Assembly: GCF_963921235.1 (NCBI RefSeq)
Contig: NC_086108.1
Span: 102,116,001 to 102,180,000, forward strand
Reading direction: 5' to 3'
Length of the DNA stretch: 64,000 nt
From: Mobula hypostoma
Lineage: Eukaryota
Below are positions 1 through 12,039 of this stretch, one piece after another (positions within the stretch are counted from its first letter, which is position 1; the number at the start of each line of letters is the position of its first letter). The notes under the pieces were generated by a model. That model did no database searches, was not told the DNA's origin, and was given only the letters and a program-made list of their open reading frames with translations. A program made the position numbers and the translations under genes.

Positions 1-536
1 ACAAATCCTTGACAAATTACGTAAACACTAATGTATAATCAGACAATCATGTGGCAGAAATTCAATGCATAAAAACATGCAACATGGTCAAACGGTTCAT
101 TTGTTGTTCAGACCAAACATCAAAATGGGGAAGAAATGTGGACTAGGTGACTTAGACCATGAACTGATTGTTGGTGCTAGATGAGGTGGTTTCAGTATCT
201 CTGAAACTACTGATCTCCTGGGATTTTCATGCACAACAGTCTCTAGAGTTTACAGAGAATGAAGCAAGAAAGCAAGAATCAAAAAACATAAACACAAAAA
301 ACATGAAAAGTGGAAAAGTCGATGAAAATGCTATGTTAATAAGAGAGTTCAGGGGAGAATGGCCAAACTGGTTCAAGCTTAAAGGAAGGCAACAGTAAAT
401 CAAATAATTACATGTTACAACGGAGGTGTGCAGAAGAGCATCTCTGAATGCACAACATGTCAAGCCTTAAAGTGGATTGCTACAACAGCAGAAGACTATA
501 AACTTCCTGTGCCTAATAAAGGGGCCACTGAGAGTA
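1..536 (+). mobile_element. Tc1/mariner-derived non-autonomous DNA transposon, right part
   Basis: Degenerate Tc1 N-terminal coding remnant (ATGGGGAAGAAATGT...CTGATCTCCTGGGATTTTCA...) and a terminal cctaataaaggggccactgagagta resembling the TIR of fish Tc1-type elements. Confidence 0.65.
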
Positions 537-1509
537 TCTGGAAAAGAGGACAGAGTTAAAGCTCTAGGTCAAAGACTCTTCATCATAAATTCCCCTGACC
601 AACCTATGTGACATCTATCGCCTCTCTGACTGGGCTCTTGTCCCAATCAATGCTCACAAACTACCTTGGTGTTATATAAGAAAAATAATGAGGAGACAAT
701 CCTTCTCCAAACGTCACTCAACAGAGAAGGACAACTTTAACCACTAATATCCAAGCCTAGGATTTTTGGCAAGAGAAATCTGTGCTGCATTTTTGACATT
801 TACCTTTATTACAACATCAAAAACATATAAGAGTTAATGCTCCCTCAATCCAAGCCAATAAACATTTCTGTTTAAGGGTTACCATTGTTTAGTTTTAAAC
901 TGAAGACTTATTTTACATGAACTGCAAAACATCATCCTCTGCACAATATGGTTATCTTCAGTGTGCTAAAGTTATTTCTTTATAGGCTTAATTTCCTGAA
1001 ACTGCAGTCAGATTATTCACTGCATTTGCAATTATTTTTTCAGACTCTGAACTGTTTGCCAAGCCTGTTTCCTCATTGAAGACAAGTTTATCCCTATTCC
1101 TGTGAACCGAAATTCCCACAAAAACTATTTTGCTGTGCAGTCTTCCAGGTAGCCTCATGAACTAAACAGTTTGCTGACCTATTGTCAAGCGTTTCAGATT
1201 TCTTACCTTGAATTTGTAATAATGCCTACTTGTAAACTTCTGCTATCTTCATTCTTTTATGAAGTGGCTTGGTTCTCCACCAGATATCACTTCCACTGGA
1301 CCTCCTAACCACCCCATCACTATTTTATGTTATTCTATTAGAAGGGGCTCCTTATTTCATATTAATTCATATAGTTCCTTCAATGACTATAAGGCAAAAA
1401 CAAGCATTGACCTCATGCAGCGATCTTGTGTACTAGGAATAACTTTTGGAAGAGAAGTTATAGTCCAGAGATCACTGGTGATGTTTTTTCTTTCCAACAC
1501 CACTGGTGG

Positions 1510-2190
1510 AATTTCTGAATCAGAATTGGATTTATTATCATTGACATATGTTATAAAATTTGTTGTTTTTGTGGCAGCAGTATATTGTAACTCCTATAAA
1601 AGCTATAAACTACAAAATGTATATAATACTTACATATATATATCAAATAACTAGTGCAAAAAGAGAAGGAAGAAACTAGTGAGGCACTGTTCATGGGGTT
1701 ATTGTCCATTCAGAAATCTGATGCTGGAGGGGAAGTAGCTGTTTCTGAAATGCTCAGTATGTATCATCAAGCACCTGGACCTCTTCCTTGATACGAGCAA
1801 TGAGAAGAAGGCATGTCCTTGGCGATGGGGGTCCTCAATGATAGATGCCACTTTTTCTAGGCATCGAGTTTTTAATGTGTCCTGGACGCTGGGGCGGCTA
1901 GTGCCCATGATGGAGCAGGCTTAGTTTACAATCTACTGTTGCTTTTTCCAATTCTGTGCGGTGGCCCCTCCATAGCCAGATGGTGGTGCAACCAGTTAGA
2001 GTATGCTCTATGGTATATCTGTAGAATTTGCAAGTGTCTTTGGTAACATACCAATTCTCCTCAAACTCCTAATGAAATATAGCCAGGGTCATACCTACTT
2101 TGTAATTGCATCAATATTTTGGGCCTACAATAGATCCTCAGAGATGTTGACACCAAGGAATTTGAAACTGCTGATCCTTTCCACTTCTGA
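1510..2190 (-). mobile_element. Rex1/Babar-like LINE 3' fragment
   Basis: C-terminal motif HTEHFRNSYFPSSIRFLN followed by 3' UTR; homologous to other copies in the window. Confidence 0.65.
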
Positions 2191-2206
2191 TCCCTTGATA
2201 AGGATT

Positions 2207-5190
2207 AAGACCATAAGATATAGGAACAGAATTAGGACATTCGGCCCATTGCATCTGTTCTGCCATTTCATCATGTCTGATCCAATTTTCCTCTCAGCTC
2301 CAGTCTCCTGCCTTCTCCCTGTATCCCTTCATGCCCTAATCAATGAAGAATCTATCAACCTCTGCCTTAAATATACATAAAGACTTGGGTGGCAATAAAT
2401 TCCACAGTTACCCCACCCTCAGGCTAAACAAATTCCTCCTCATCTCCATTCTAAAAGGACACTCCTCTATTCTGAGACTGTGTCCTCTAGTCTTAGACTC
2501 TCCTACCACAGGAAACATCCTCTCTAAATCCACTCTATCAAGGCCTTTTACCGTTCAATGGGTTTCAATGAGGTCACCTCTCATTCTTCTGAATACTAGT
2601 GAATACAGGCCCATGGACATTAAATGCTCTTCATATAACAAGCCATTCAATCCTGAAATCATTTTCGTGAACCTTCTTTGAATACTCTTCAGTTTTAGCA
2701 CATCCTTTCAAAGATTTATGTACATTTAGGTCTTTCAGCTTTTTGAGCTCCTCCTCCCTTCTAATAGTAGCTGTATTCACTTCTCTTCCCTCACACCCTT
2801 CAACATCTGGCACACTGCTAGAACCTTCCATGGAGAAGACTGATGCAAAATACTTATTTAGTTTATCTACCATCTCCTTGGCCCCTGTTATTATTTCTCA
2901 GGCCTAATTTTCTAGCAATCCTATGTCCACTCTCATTTCCTTTATTCTTTATATATTTGAAAAAGCTTTTCATATCCACTTTGATATTGTTTGCTAGCTT
3001 GTTTTCATATTTCACCTCTTCTCTCTTAATGATTCTTTTAGTTGCTTTCTGTAGATTTTTAAAAGCTTCCCAATTTTCTATCCTTCTGCTATTTTTGGCT
3101 TTGTTGTATGCCCTCCCTTTGGCTTTTACATTAGCTTTTACTTCCCTTGTCAGCCACGGTTGTACTATTTTCCTATTTGAGTATTTATTTGCTTTTGGAA
3201 TATATCTATCCTGCATCTTCCTCGTGTTTCTCAGAAACTCATGCCATTGTTGCTCTGCTGCCATTCCTGTCAGCTTCTCTTCCAATTTACTTTGGCCAGC
3301 TTCTCTCTCACACTACTGTACTGCACTGCACTGCACTGAAATACTGCTACCTCAGACTGTTACATTCCCCCTACCAAATTTCAAATTGGACTCAGCCATA
3401 CTTCTTTATTTTAAGTTTCCTATTCACCTTCAGTTCACTCGTCGTCGTTGTGGCTATCCCTCGAGGTCAAGGATGATGGTCTTCGTTCCGTACAGAGGGA
3501 AGACGCTTGTGCGTGTATTTGTTTAACGTGTACTTGATGTTGCACTCCAAGAAGCACACGATACTTCACAAATCAACCAACTGATTCCATTGGCATGGAA
3601 GCCACGATTGGAGCTGATGGATTTGTTGCAGCCTTCATCCGCCTTCACAGCCGTTGAGTTCAAAGTAACTTCGTCCGCCTGTTCCATCATTGAGTTCTTG
3701 GTTGGATTGTTCTTTGTCAGGGACTTCACCCTCGACCTTACCGCCATGGGTGACCCTACCAGGAGCATAGCTCCAGACGGCATTGCTCTCGGGATCACAG
3801 GACTACACAAGCTTCTCCACCAGGACAAGGTAACAATCCACGGAGAAGTCAGTTCGTAACATAACACCCAAACCAGTGTAGCTGATCCCCGAGTAGGCTC
3901 AACTTCAAACTGCTCTAAAAAGCCATCTCAAAGGCAGTCAACAAATTCACGCTCTTGAAATCCATTCCCAATCTAAATGCATGTTAAAATCTCCCATGAC
4001 TACCCTAACATTGCCCTTTTGACATGCCTTTTCTATTACCCATTGTAATCTGTGGTCCGCATCCCAGCTACTGTTGGGAGGCCTGTATATAACTGCCATC
4101 AGATTCCTTTTACCCCTGCAGTTTCTTAACTCAATCCACAAGAATTCAACAACTTCCAATCCTATGCAACATCTTTTTAATGATTTGATGACATTATTTA
4201 CCAGCTGAGCCATGCTACCTCTTTGCCTACCTTTCTATCTCTCTGATACAATGTGTAACCTTGGACATTCAGTTCCCAACTACAACCTCCTTCAGCCATG
4301 ATTCAGTGAAGGCCATAACATCATAACTGACAATCTGTAAAAGTGCAAGAAGATCATCCACCTGATTTCTAATACTCCATGTTTTGAACCATAACACTTT
4401 GAGTACTGTATTTGCTACTCTTTTTGCTTCTGCATCTCGAATACACTGATACACACCATGTTGGCCACAATTATGTCCTTTCGTCTGCTTGCTCTTCCTG
4501 ACAGTCTGACTGCATGCTATCTTTGCTTTTGTACCATCCATCATATCCTGAGTCCCTTCACTCCGCTTCCCACCACCCCCCCCCACCCAGTATATTAGAT
4601 TAAACCCTTCCTAACAGCTCTGACAAACCTGACCTCAAGAATATGTGTCCCCCTCAGGTTCAGGTACAACCCAGCCCTTTTGTATAGGCATACCTCACCC
4701 AGAAGCAGAGGCTCAAGCGCAAGCTGTTCTAAAAAGCCATCTCATGGGTATTCAACAAATTCCCTCTCTTACGATCTGACATTGATCTGATTTGCGTATT
4801 GAAGTCCTCCATTAGAATTGTGATATTACCCTTACTACACGCATTTTACAGCTCCCTTTGCAATCCCAACCTCACATCTTGGCTACAATTTGGAGGCCTG
4901 TATATGATTCCCATAATTTTTTTTCTCACCCTTGCAGTTTCTTAACACCACCCACAAAGATGTGTATCTCGCTTAATATTATTGGCTAGTTTGCCCTCAT
5001 GTTTCATCTTTTCCCATCTTACAGCTTTTTTAGTTGCCTTTTGTTAGATTTTATCAGCTTCCCAATCATCAAACTTCCCACTGACTTTTGTTACCTTATA
5101 TGCCCTTTCCTTGGCTTTTATGCCGTCCTTAACTTCCATTGTCAGCCACAGATGCCCAGCCCTACCATTTAAGAACAAGTGCTGCTGTGG
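2207..5190 (-). mobile_element. Degenerate CR1 LINE fragments, interrupted at 3437-3848
   Basis: EN motifs (VIYRPPNS, MGDFN), PWLTREVK linker, CR1 3' UTR with short-repeat tail; many internal deletions. Confidence 0.8.
3437..3848 (-). mobile_element. RTE-derived bipartite non-autonomous retroposon (412 bp) with 7-bp TSD
   Basis: TSD tcagttc at 3430-3436 and 3849-3855. 5' part resembles RTE (Rex3/Expander/BovB-type) 5' UTR (CTTGTCCTGGTGGAG...GGTAGGGTCACCCATGGC...GACAAAG). 3' end CCTCGAGGGATAGCC followed by (ACG)n. Confidence 0.7.
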
Positions 5191-5196
5191 GACAAA

Positions 5197-5985
5197 AAAC
5201 ATAGAACATAGAAATCTACAGCACATTACAGGCCCTTCGGCCCATAATGTCATGCCAAACATGTAATCTACTCTAGAAACTGCATTGAATTACCCTACCA
5301 CATAGACCTCTATTTTTCTAAGCTCCATGTACCTATTTCTACAGGGTCTTGTGATCACAAGAAAAGCAACTGAGACAAAGACCCTATTGTATCCACCTCT
5401 ACCACTGTCACTGGCAATGAATTGCATGCACCCACGACACTCTGTGTCTAAAACGTACGTCTGATATCCCTCTTGTATCTATTCCCAAGTACCTTAAAGC
5501 TATGCACCCTTGTGATTGCCATTTCAGCCCTGGGAAAAAGCCTTCGGCTATCCATACAATCAATGCCTCTCATCATTTTATACACCTCTATCTGGTCACC
5601 TCTCATCCTCCACCGCTCCAAGGAAAAAAGGCCAAGTTCGCTCAACCTATTCTCATAAGACATGCTCTCCAATCCAGGCAACATCCTTGTAAATCTCCTC
5701 TGTACTCTCTCTATAGTATCCACATCCTTCCTATAGTGAGGTGACCAGAACTGAACACAGTACTCCAAGTGGGGTCTAACTAAGGTCTTATATGGCTTTG
5801 ACATTATCTCACGGCTCTTGAGCTCAATTCCACAGATGATGAAAGCCATCATACCACACTCCATCTTAACAACACTGTCAACCTGCTCAACAGCTTTGAG
5901 TGTCCCATGGACACGGACTACAAGATCTCGCTGATCCTCCACACAGCCAAGAGTCAAACAATTAATATTATATTCTGTCTTCAAA
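5197..5985 (-). mobile_element. CR1 LINE 3' fragment
   Basis: [17 protein letters not shown]...[10 protein letters not shown] motif and CR1 short-repeat tail. Confidence 0.85.
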
Positions 5986-7995
5986 TTTGATAAGGAGCCT
6001 CACATGAGGCTGCTTAAGAAGATAAAATCTTATGGCGTTACAGGAAATATACTGGAATGGACAGAAGGATGGCTGACAGGCAGGAGGCAGGGAGTAGGAA
6101 TAAAGGGGGCCTTTTCATGTTGGCTGCCAGTGACTAGTGGTGTTCCTCAGGGGTCAATATTGGGGCTGCTATTTTTCACATTGTTTGTCAATCATTTAGA
6201 TGATGGAATTGATGGATTTGTAACGAAGTTTGCAGATGATACAACGATATGTGGAGGGGCAGATAGTGCTGAGGAAGCAATGAGATTGCAGCAGGACTTA
6301 GACAAATTAGAAGAATGGGCAAAAAATGGCAGAAGGGATACAGTGTTAGGAAATGTATGATAATGCATTTTAATAATGTTACGTACCCCGTAACTGGGTT
6401 GCCAAACCAGCAGAAATGGATCACTCAGTTGGAGTCTGGAGTACTAGAACTAAGGAAGTTTTATTAAAGAAACAAGCAACACAGTAATCGAAAGGATAAT
6501 AAATGCAACAGTTCAGCGATGATAAACACACATGTGCACAGAATTAAGATAACAGCATCAATCAAGCTCTATCGTTGTCTAGGGGTAAATGACCAAATTT
6601 CAAAATGACTCAAAGTTCAGTCCAGTTCAGTTCGCAGTAATCGTTGCCATGGCGATGGACAACGTGGTGGAAGAGAGAGATAGAACAGGAACAACTGATC
6701 ATTCAGCACAGCTTCACTCACTGTCCGGCGAGATGGCTCACAAACAGCTTTTGGGCGGGTCCTTGGTGATGTCACCTGAGGTCACCGACTGTGACCCCTC
6801 CTCCAGATGCGGTCGATCCTCTGCAGTGAACCCGGCACCCAGGCAAGGGCGGACACACACCGGGTTCCCGCTGATCGTACCTTTCCACCCTGGTCGTTGT
6901 CTGGTACTTCTCACCCACTCGTGAGAGGCGCACCGCTTCCAGGGTCTCGTTACCTTGGGTGGCATGTCTGCCGCCTTAGCGAACCTGTCCCTTTTTATCC
7001 CCCTGCTGGGGTATCGCCTGTCCACCACTTCAAACAGTTCAGGGTTCAAAGGGGGTGCCGCTCCAGACAGCTCTCTCTCCCACGTCCCTTCATTACACAT
7101 CTCCAGACGCTGCTCCATTGTTCCTTATCTCTCCTTCCCCTGAGGGCAGGTGGCAGACCAACTGCTGATGCCACTGATGCCAGCAAACATCTTAATTTTA
7201 TGTGTATTCTCGTAACAATAAAAAGAACAATAGTGTAGACTATTATCTAAATGAGGACAAAATTCAAACATCAGTGGTACAAATGAACTTGGGAGTCCTC
7301 GTGCAAGACTCCCAGAAATTTAATTCACATGTTGAGTCTGTGGTAAAGAAGGCAAATGCAATGTTGACATTTATTTCAAGGGGAATAAAATATAAAAACA
7401 AGGAGATAATGTTGAAGCTTTATAAGACAATAGTCAGGCTGCACTTGAAGTATTGCCAACCGTTTTGGGCCCCATATCTCAGAAAGGGGATATTGCCACT
7501 GGAAAAAGTTCAGAGGTGGTACATGAGGATGATTCAAGGATTGAAGGGTTAACATATGAGGATCATTTGGCAGCTTTGGGCGTATACTCACTGGAATTTA
7601 AAATAATGAATGGGGATCTCTTTGAAACCTACCACATGCTGAAAAGACTAAATAAGGTGGATGTGGAGAGAATGTTTCCTCTGGTAGGGATATCCAGAAC
7701 TAGAGGGCAAGGCCTCAACATTGAGTGGTGAACTACCAGAACAGAAGTAAGGAGGAATTATTTTAGACAAAGATTGGTGAATCTGTAGAATACTCTGCCA
7801 CAGACTGTGGTGGAGTTCAAGTCCATGGGTATATTCAAAGCAGAAGTTAATAGATTCCTGACTGGCTGGAGCATCAAGGAATATGGAAAGAGGGCAGAAG
7901 TAATAGGTTGAATAGGATCCAGGAATAGCCATGATGAAATGGCGGAGCATACTAGTTGGGCTGAATGGCCTAGTTCTGCTCCTATGTTTTCTGGT
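5986..7995 (+). mobile_element. CR1 LINE 3' fragment split by a solo LTR
   Basis: GVPQGSILG, KFADD; resumes at 7218 after the LTR. Confidence 0.85.
6377..7217 (-). mobile_element. Gypsy solo LTR (841 bp)
   Basis: TGTTACG...CGTAACA terminal inverted repeat; 4-bp TSD ATAA (6373-6376, 7218-7221); homologous to the LTR at 63104-63437, which abuts a PPT and pol remnants. Confidence 0.9.
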
Positions 7996-8592
7996 CGAAT
8001 CATCAATTTTGTCTCTCATAATTGATTCGTTGCCAGTGAGGTTGAACCAATAAGTAGATCTTTACAAAGTTTTGTGTTTAAAACAATTTATCAGTTGACA
8101 AAAGGCAATGGTTTGTAATGAAGAGGAGGTTTAAAAAGATCAAATGAGTCTCAGATAGCAGCAATATGCCTTTATCGCACATTGCCTTTATCAAAACCAA
8201 ACAGAGACATTGAACACAATTAATTTTAGTCATTGACAATTGTTTATTGTTTCTTATGCAAACCATTTCCTTCTATTGCTTCAGGGACTTTCTCATTATT
8301 AAAGTAGATTAGAGGGGTTTTCAAACTTTGACTTGAAGATTATGAGCTTTTCAACATTTTATTACCAGGTATGAGTGGTGACTGAATTCCAGTTGGAACC
8401 TTTGATCACTCAGTGAATTGAAATCACTATGTAATTTGATTTTTTGTTACTGTGAAATCTGGTTTGAGATATATTACTGTAAGCGTAGGCATAAAGAAGG
8501 CAAATTTATTTTTCTTAGGGAAATCAGGAGTTACATGGGTTTTCATGATAAACCAGTAATTTAAAATATGTTAATAGTTTATTTCCAATTCG

Positions 8593-11500
8593 AAACCATA
8601 GAAATCATAGTAAAACTACAGCACAGAAACAGGCCTTTTGGACCTGCTTGGTTGTGCCGAACCATTTTCTGCCTAGTCCCACTGACCTGCATCGGACCAT
8701 ATCCCTCCATACACCTCCCATCCATGTATCTGTCCAATTTATTCTTAAATGTTAAAAGTGAGCCCACATTCACCACCTCGTCTGGCACCTTATTCCACAC
8801 TCCCACCACTCTCTGTGTGAAGAAGCCCCCCCTAATGTTCCCTTTAAACTTTTCCCCCCTCACCCTTAACCCATGTCCTCTGGTTTTTTTCTCCCCTTGC
8901 CTCAGTAGAAAAAGTCTGCTTGCATTCACTCTATCTGTACCCATCATAGCTTTATATACCTCTATCAAATCTCCCCTCATTCTTCTACGCTCCAGGGAAT
9001 AAAGTCCTAACCTATTCAACCTTTCTCTGTAACTGAGTTTCTCAAGTCCTGGCAACATCCTTGTAAACCTCTGCACTCTTTCAACCTTATTAATATCCTT
9101 CCTGTAATTTGGTGACCAAAACTGAACACAATACTCCAGATTCGGCCTCACCAATGCCTTATACAACCTCATCATAACATTCCAGCTCTTATACTCAATA
9201 CTTCGATTAATAAAAGCCAATGTACCAAAAGCTCTCTTGACAACCCTATCTACCTGTGATGCCACTTTTAGGGAATTTTGTATCTGTATTCCCAGATCCC
9301 TCTGTTCTACTGCACTCCTCAGTGCCTTACCATTTACCCTGAATGTTCTACCTTGGTTTGTCCTTCCAAAGTGCAATACCTCACACTTGTCTGTATTAAA
9401 CTCCATCTGCCATTTTTCAGCCCATTTTTCCAGCTGGTTCAAATCCCTCTGCAAGCTTTGAAAACCTTCCTCACTGTCCACTACACCTGCAATCTTTGTA
9501 TCATCAGCAAATTTGCTGATCCCGTTTACCACATTATCATCCAAATCATTGATATAAATGACAAATAACAATGGACCCAGCACTGATCCCTGTGGCACAC
9601 CACTAGTCACAGGCCTCCACTCTGAGAAGCAATCCTCTACTACCACTCTTTGGCTTCTTCCATTGAGCCAATGTCTAATGCAATTTACCACCTCTCCATG
9701 TATACCTAGCAGCTGAATTTTCCTAACTAACCTCCCATGGGGGACTTTGTCAAAGGCCTTACTGAACTCCATGTAGACAACATCCACTGCCTTCCCTTCA
9801 TCCACTTTCCTGGTAACCTCCTCGAAAAACTCCAATAGATTGGTCAAACATGACCTACCACGCACAAAGCCATGTTGGCTCTCCCTAATAAGTCCCTTTC
9901 TATCCAAATGCTTGTAGGTTCTGTCTCTTAGTACTCCCTCCAATAATTTACCTACTACCGACGTTAATCTTACCAGCCTATAATTTCCCGGATTACTTTT
10001 CGATCCTTTTTTAAACAACGGAACAACATGAGCCATTCTCCAATCCTCCGGCACCTCACCCATAGACACCGACATTTTAAATATATCTGTTAGGGCCCCT
10101 GCAATTTCAACACTAGCCTCCTTCAAGGTCCGAGGGAATACCATGTCAGGTCCTAGGGATTTATCCACTTTAATTTGCCTCAAGATAGCAAGCACCTCCT
10201 CCTTTTCGATCTGTACAGTTTCCATGATCTCACTACTTGTTTCCCTTAATTCCTTAGATTTCATGCCAGTTTCCTTAGTAAATACAGATGCAAAAAACCT
10301 ATTTAAGATCTCCTCCATTTCTTTTGGTTCCGCACATAGCCGACTACTCTGATCTTCAAGAGGACCAATTTTATCCCTTACAATCCTTTTACTCTTACTA
10401 TACCTATAAAAGCTCTTTGGATTATCTTTCACCTTGACTGTCAAGGCAGCCTCATATCTTCTTTTAGCCCTCCTGATTTCCTTCTTAAGTATTTTCTTGC
10501 ACTTTTTATACTCAAGCACCTTATTTACTCCCTGTTTCCTATACATGTCATACAACTCTCTCTTCTTCTTTATCAGAGTTGCAATATCCCTTGAGAACCA
10601 AGGTTCCTTATTCCTATTCACTTTGCCTTTAATCCTGACAGGAACATACAAGCTCTGCACTCTCAAAACTTCTCCTTTGAAGGCTTCCCACCTACCAATC
10701 ACATCCTTGCCAGAGAACAATCTGTCCCGATGCACGCTTTTTAGATCCTTTCTCATTTCTTCATATTTGGCCTTCTTCCAGTTTAGGACCTCAACCCTAG
10801 GACCAGATCTATCTTTATCCATGATCAAGTTGAAACTAATGGTGTTATGATCACTGGAACCAAAGTTCTCCCCTACACACACCTCTGTCACTTGTCCTAA
10901 CTCGTTCCCTAATAGGAGATCTAATATTGCATCCCCTCTAGTTGGTATCTCTATATATTGATTTAGAAAACTTTCCTGAACACATTTTACAAATTCTAAC
11001 CCATCTAGACCCCTAACAGTATGGGAGTCCCAATCAATATGTGGAAAATTAAAATCCCCTACCACCACAACTTTATGTTTCCTGCAGTTGCCTGCTATCT
11101 CTCTGCAGATTTGCTCCTCCAATTCTCGCTGACTATTGGGTGGTCTATAATACAACCCCACTAATGTGGCCATACCTTTTCCTGTTTCTCAGCTCCACCC
11201 ATAAGGACTCAGTAGACAAGCCCTCTAATCTGTCCTGCCTGAGCACTGCTGTAACATTTTCCCTGACAAGCAATGCTACCCACCCCCCCCCCACCTTTCA
11301 TTCCTCTGCCTCTATCACATCTGAAACATCGGAACCCTGGAATATTAAGCTGCCAGTCCTGCCCCTCCCGTAGCCAAGTTTCACTAACTGCTATAACGTC
11401 ATAATTCCACGTGTTAATCCACACTCTCAACTCATCCGCCTTCCCCGCAATACTCCTAGCATTGAAATATATACACCTCAGAAGATTTTTACCACCACTC

Positions 11501-12039
11501 ACAACTTTCCTATTTGCAGCTTTGCTTGAACTTTTAACATCATTTATTTTCACCCCAGTCTCACTGTCAGCTCTGGCACTCTGGTTCCCATCCCCCTGCA
11601 AATCTAGTTTAAAGCCTCCCCCAGTAGCACTAACAAACCTCCCTGAAAGGATATTGGTCCCCTTGTAGTTCAAGTGTAACCTGTCTCTCTTGTACAGGTC
11701 CCACCTGCCCCAGAAGAGGTCCCAATGATCCTGAAATCTGAAACCCTGCCCCCTACACCAGTTCCTCAGCCACTTGTTCATCCTGCAGAGCATCCTATTC
11801 CTACCCTCACTGGCACGTAGCACAGGTAGCAATCCTGAGATTACCACCCTCGAGGTCCTGCTTTTCAACTTCCTACCAAGCTCTCTATACTCACTCTCCA
11901 GGACCTCCTCACTCTTCCTTGCTATGTCATTGGTACCAATGTGCACCACGACATCTGGCTCATCACCCTCCCACTTCAGAATGTCATGCAATCGAACAGA
12001 GACATCCTTGACCCTGGCACCTGGGAGGCAACAAACCAT
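8593..12039 (-). mobile_element. Young, nearly full-length CR1 LINE (ORF1 SGNH esterase part, ORF2 APE endonuclease and RT)
   Basis: 864-aa open ORF2 segment ([32 protein letters not shown]). ORF1 esterase motifs LPGA, VVHIGTND, D.LHL. Frame breaks near the G-run at ~11285. 5' part continues at 15311-15385. Confidence 0.95.

Noticed and set aside
780..1310. Donor-like sites on the minus strand (AAG|gtaaat at ~803, AAG|gtaaga at ~1206) as exon 1 of a downstream CLCA paralog
   Set aside because: The upstream frames I translated contain stops and show no CLCA similarity; non-coding exons cannot be excluded
6589..7238. Overlapping 100-140 aa ORFs
   Set aside because: All lie inside a GC-richer solo LTR and have no recognisable domain
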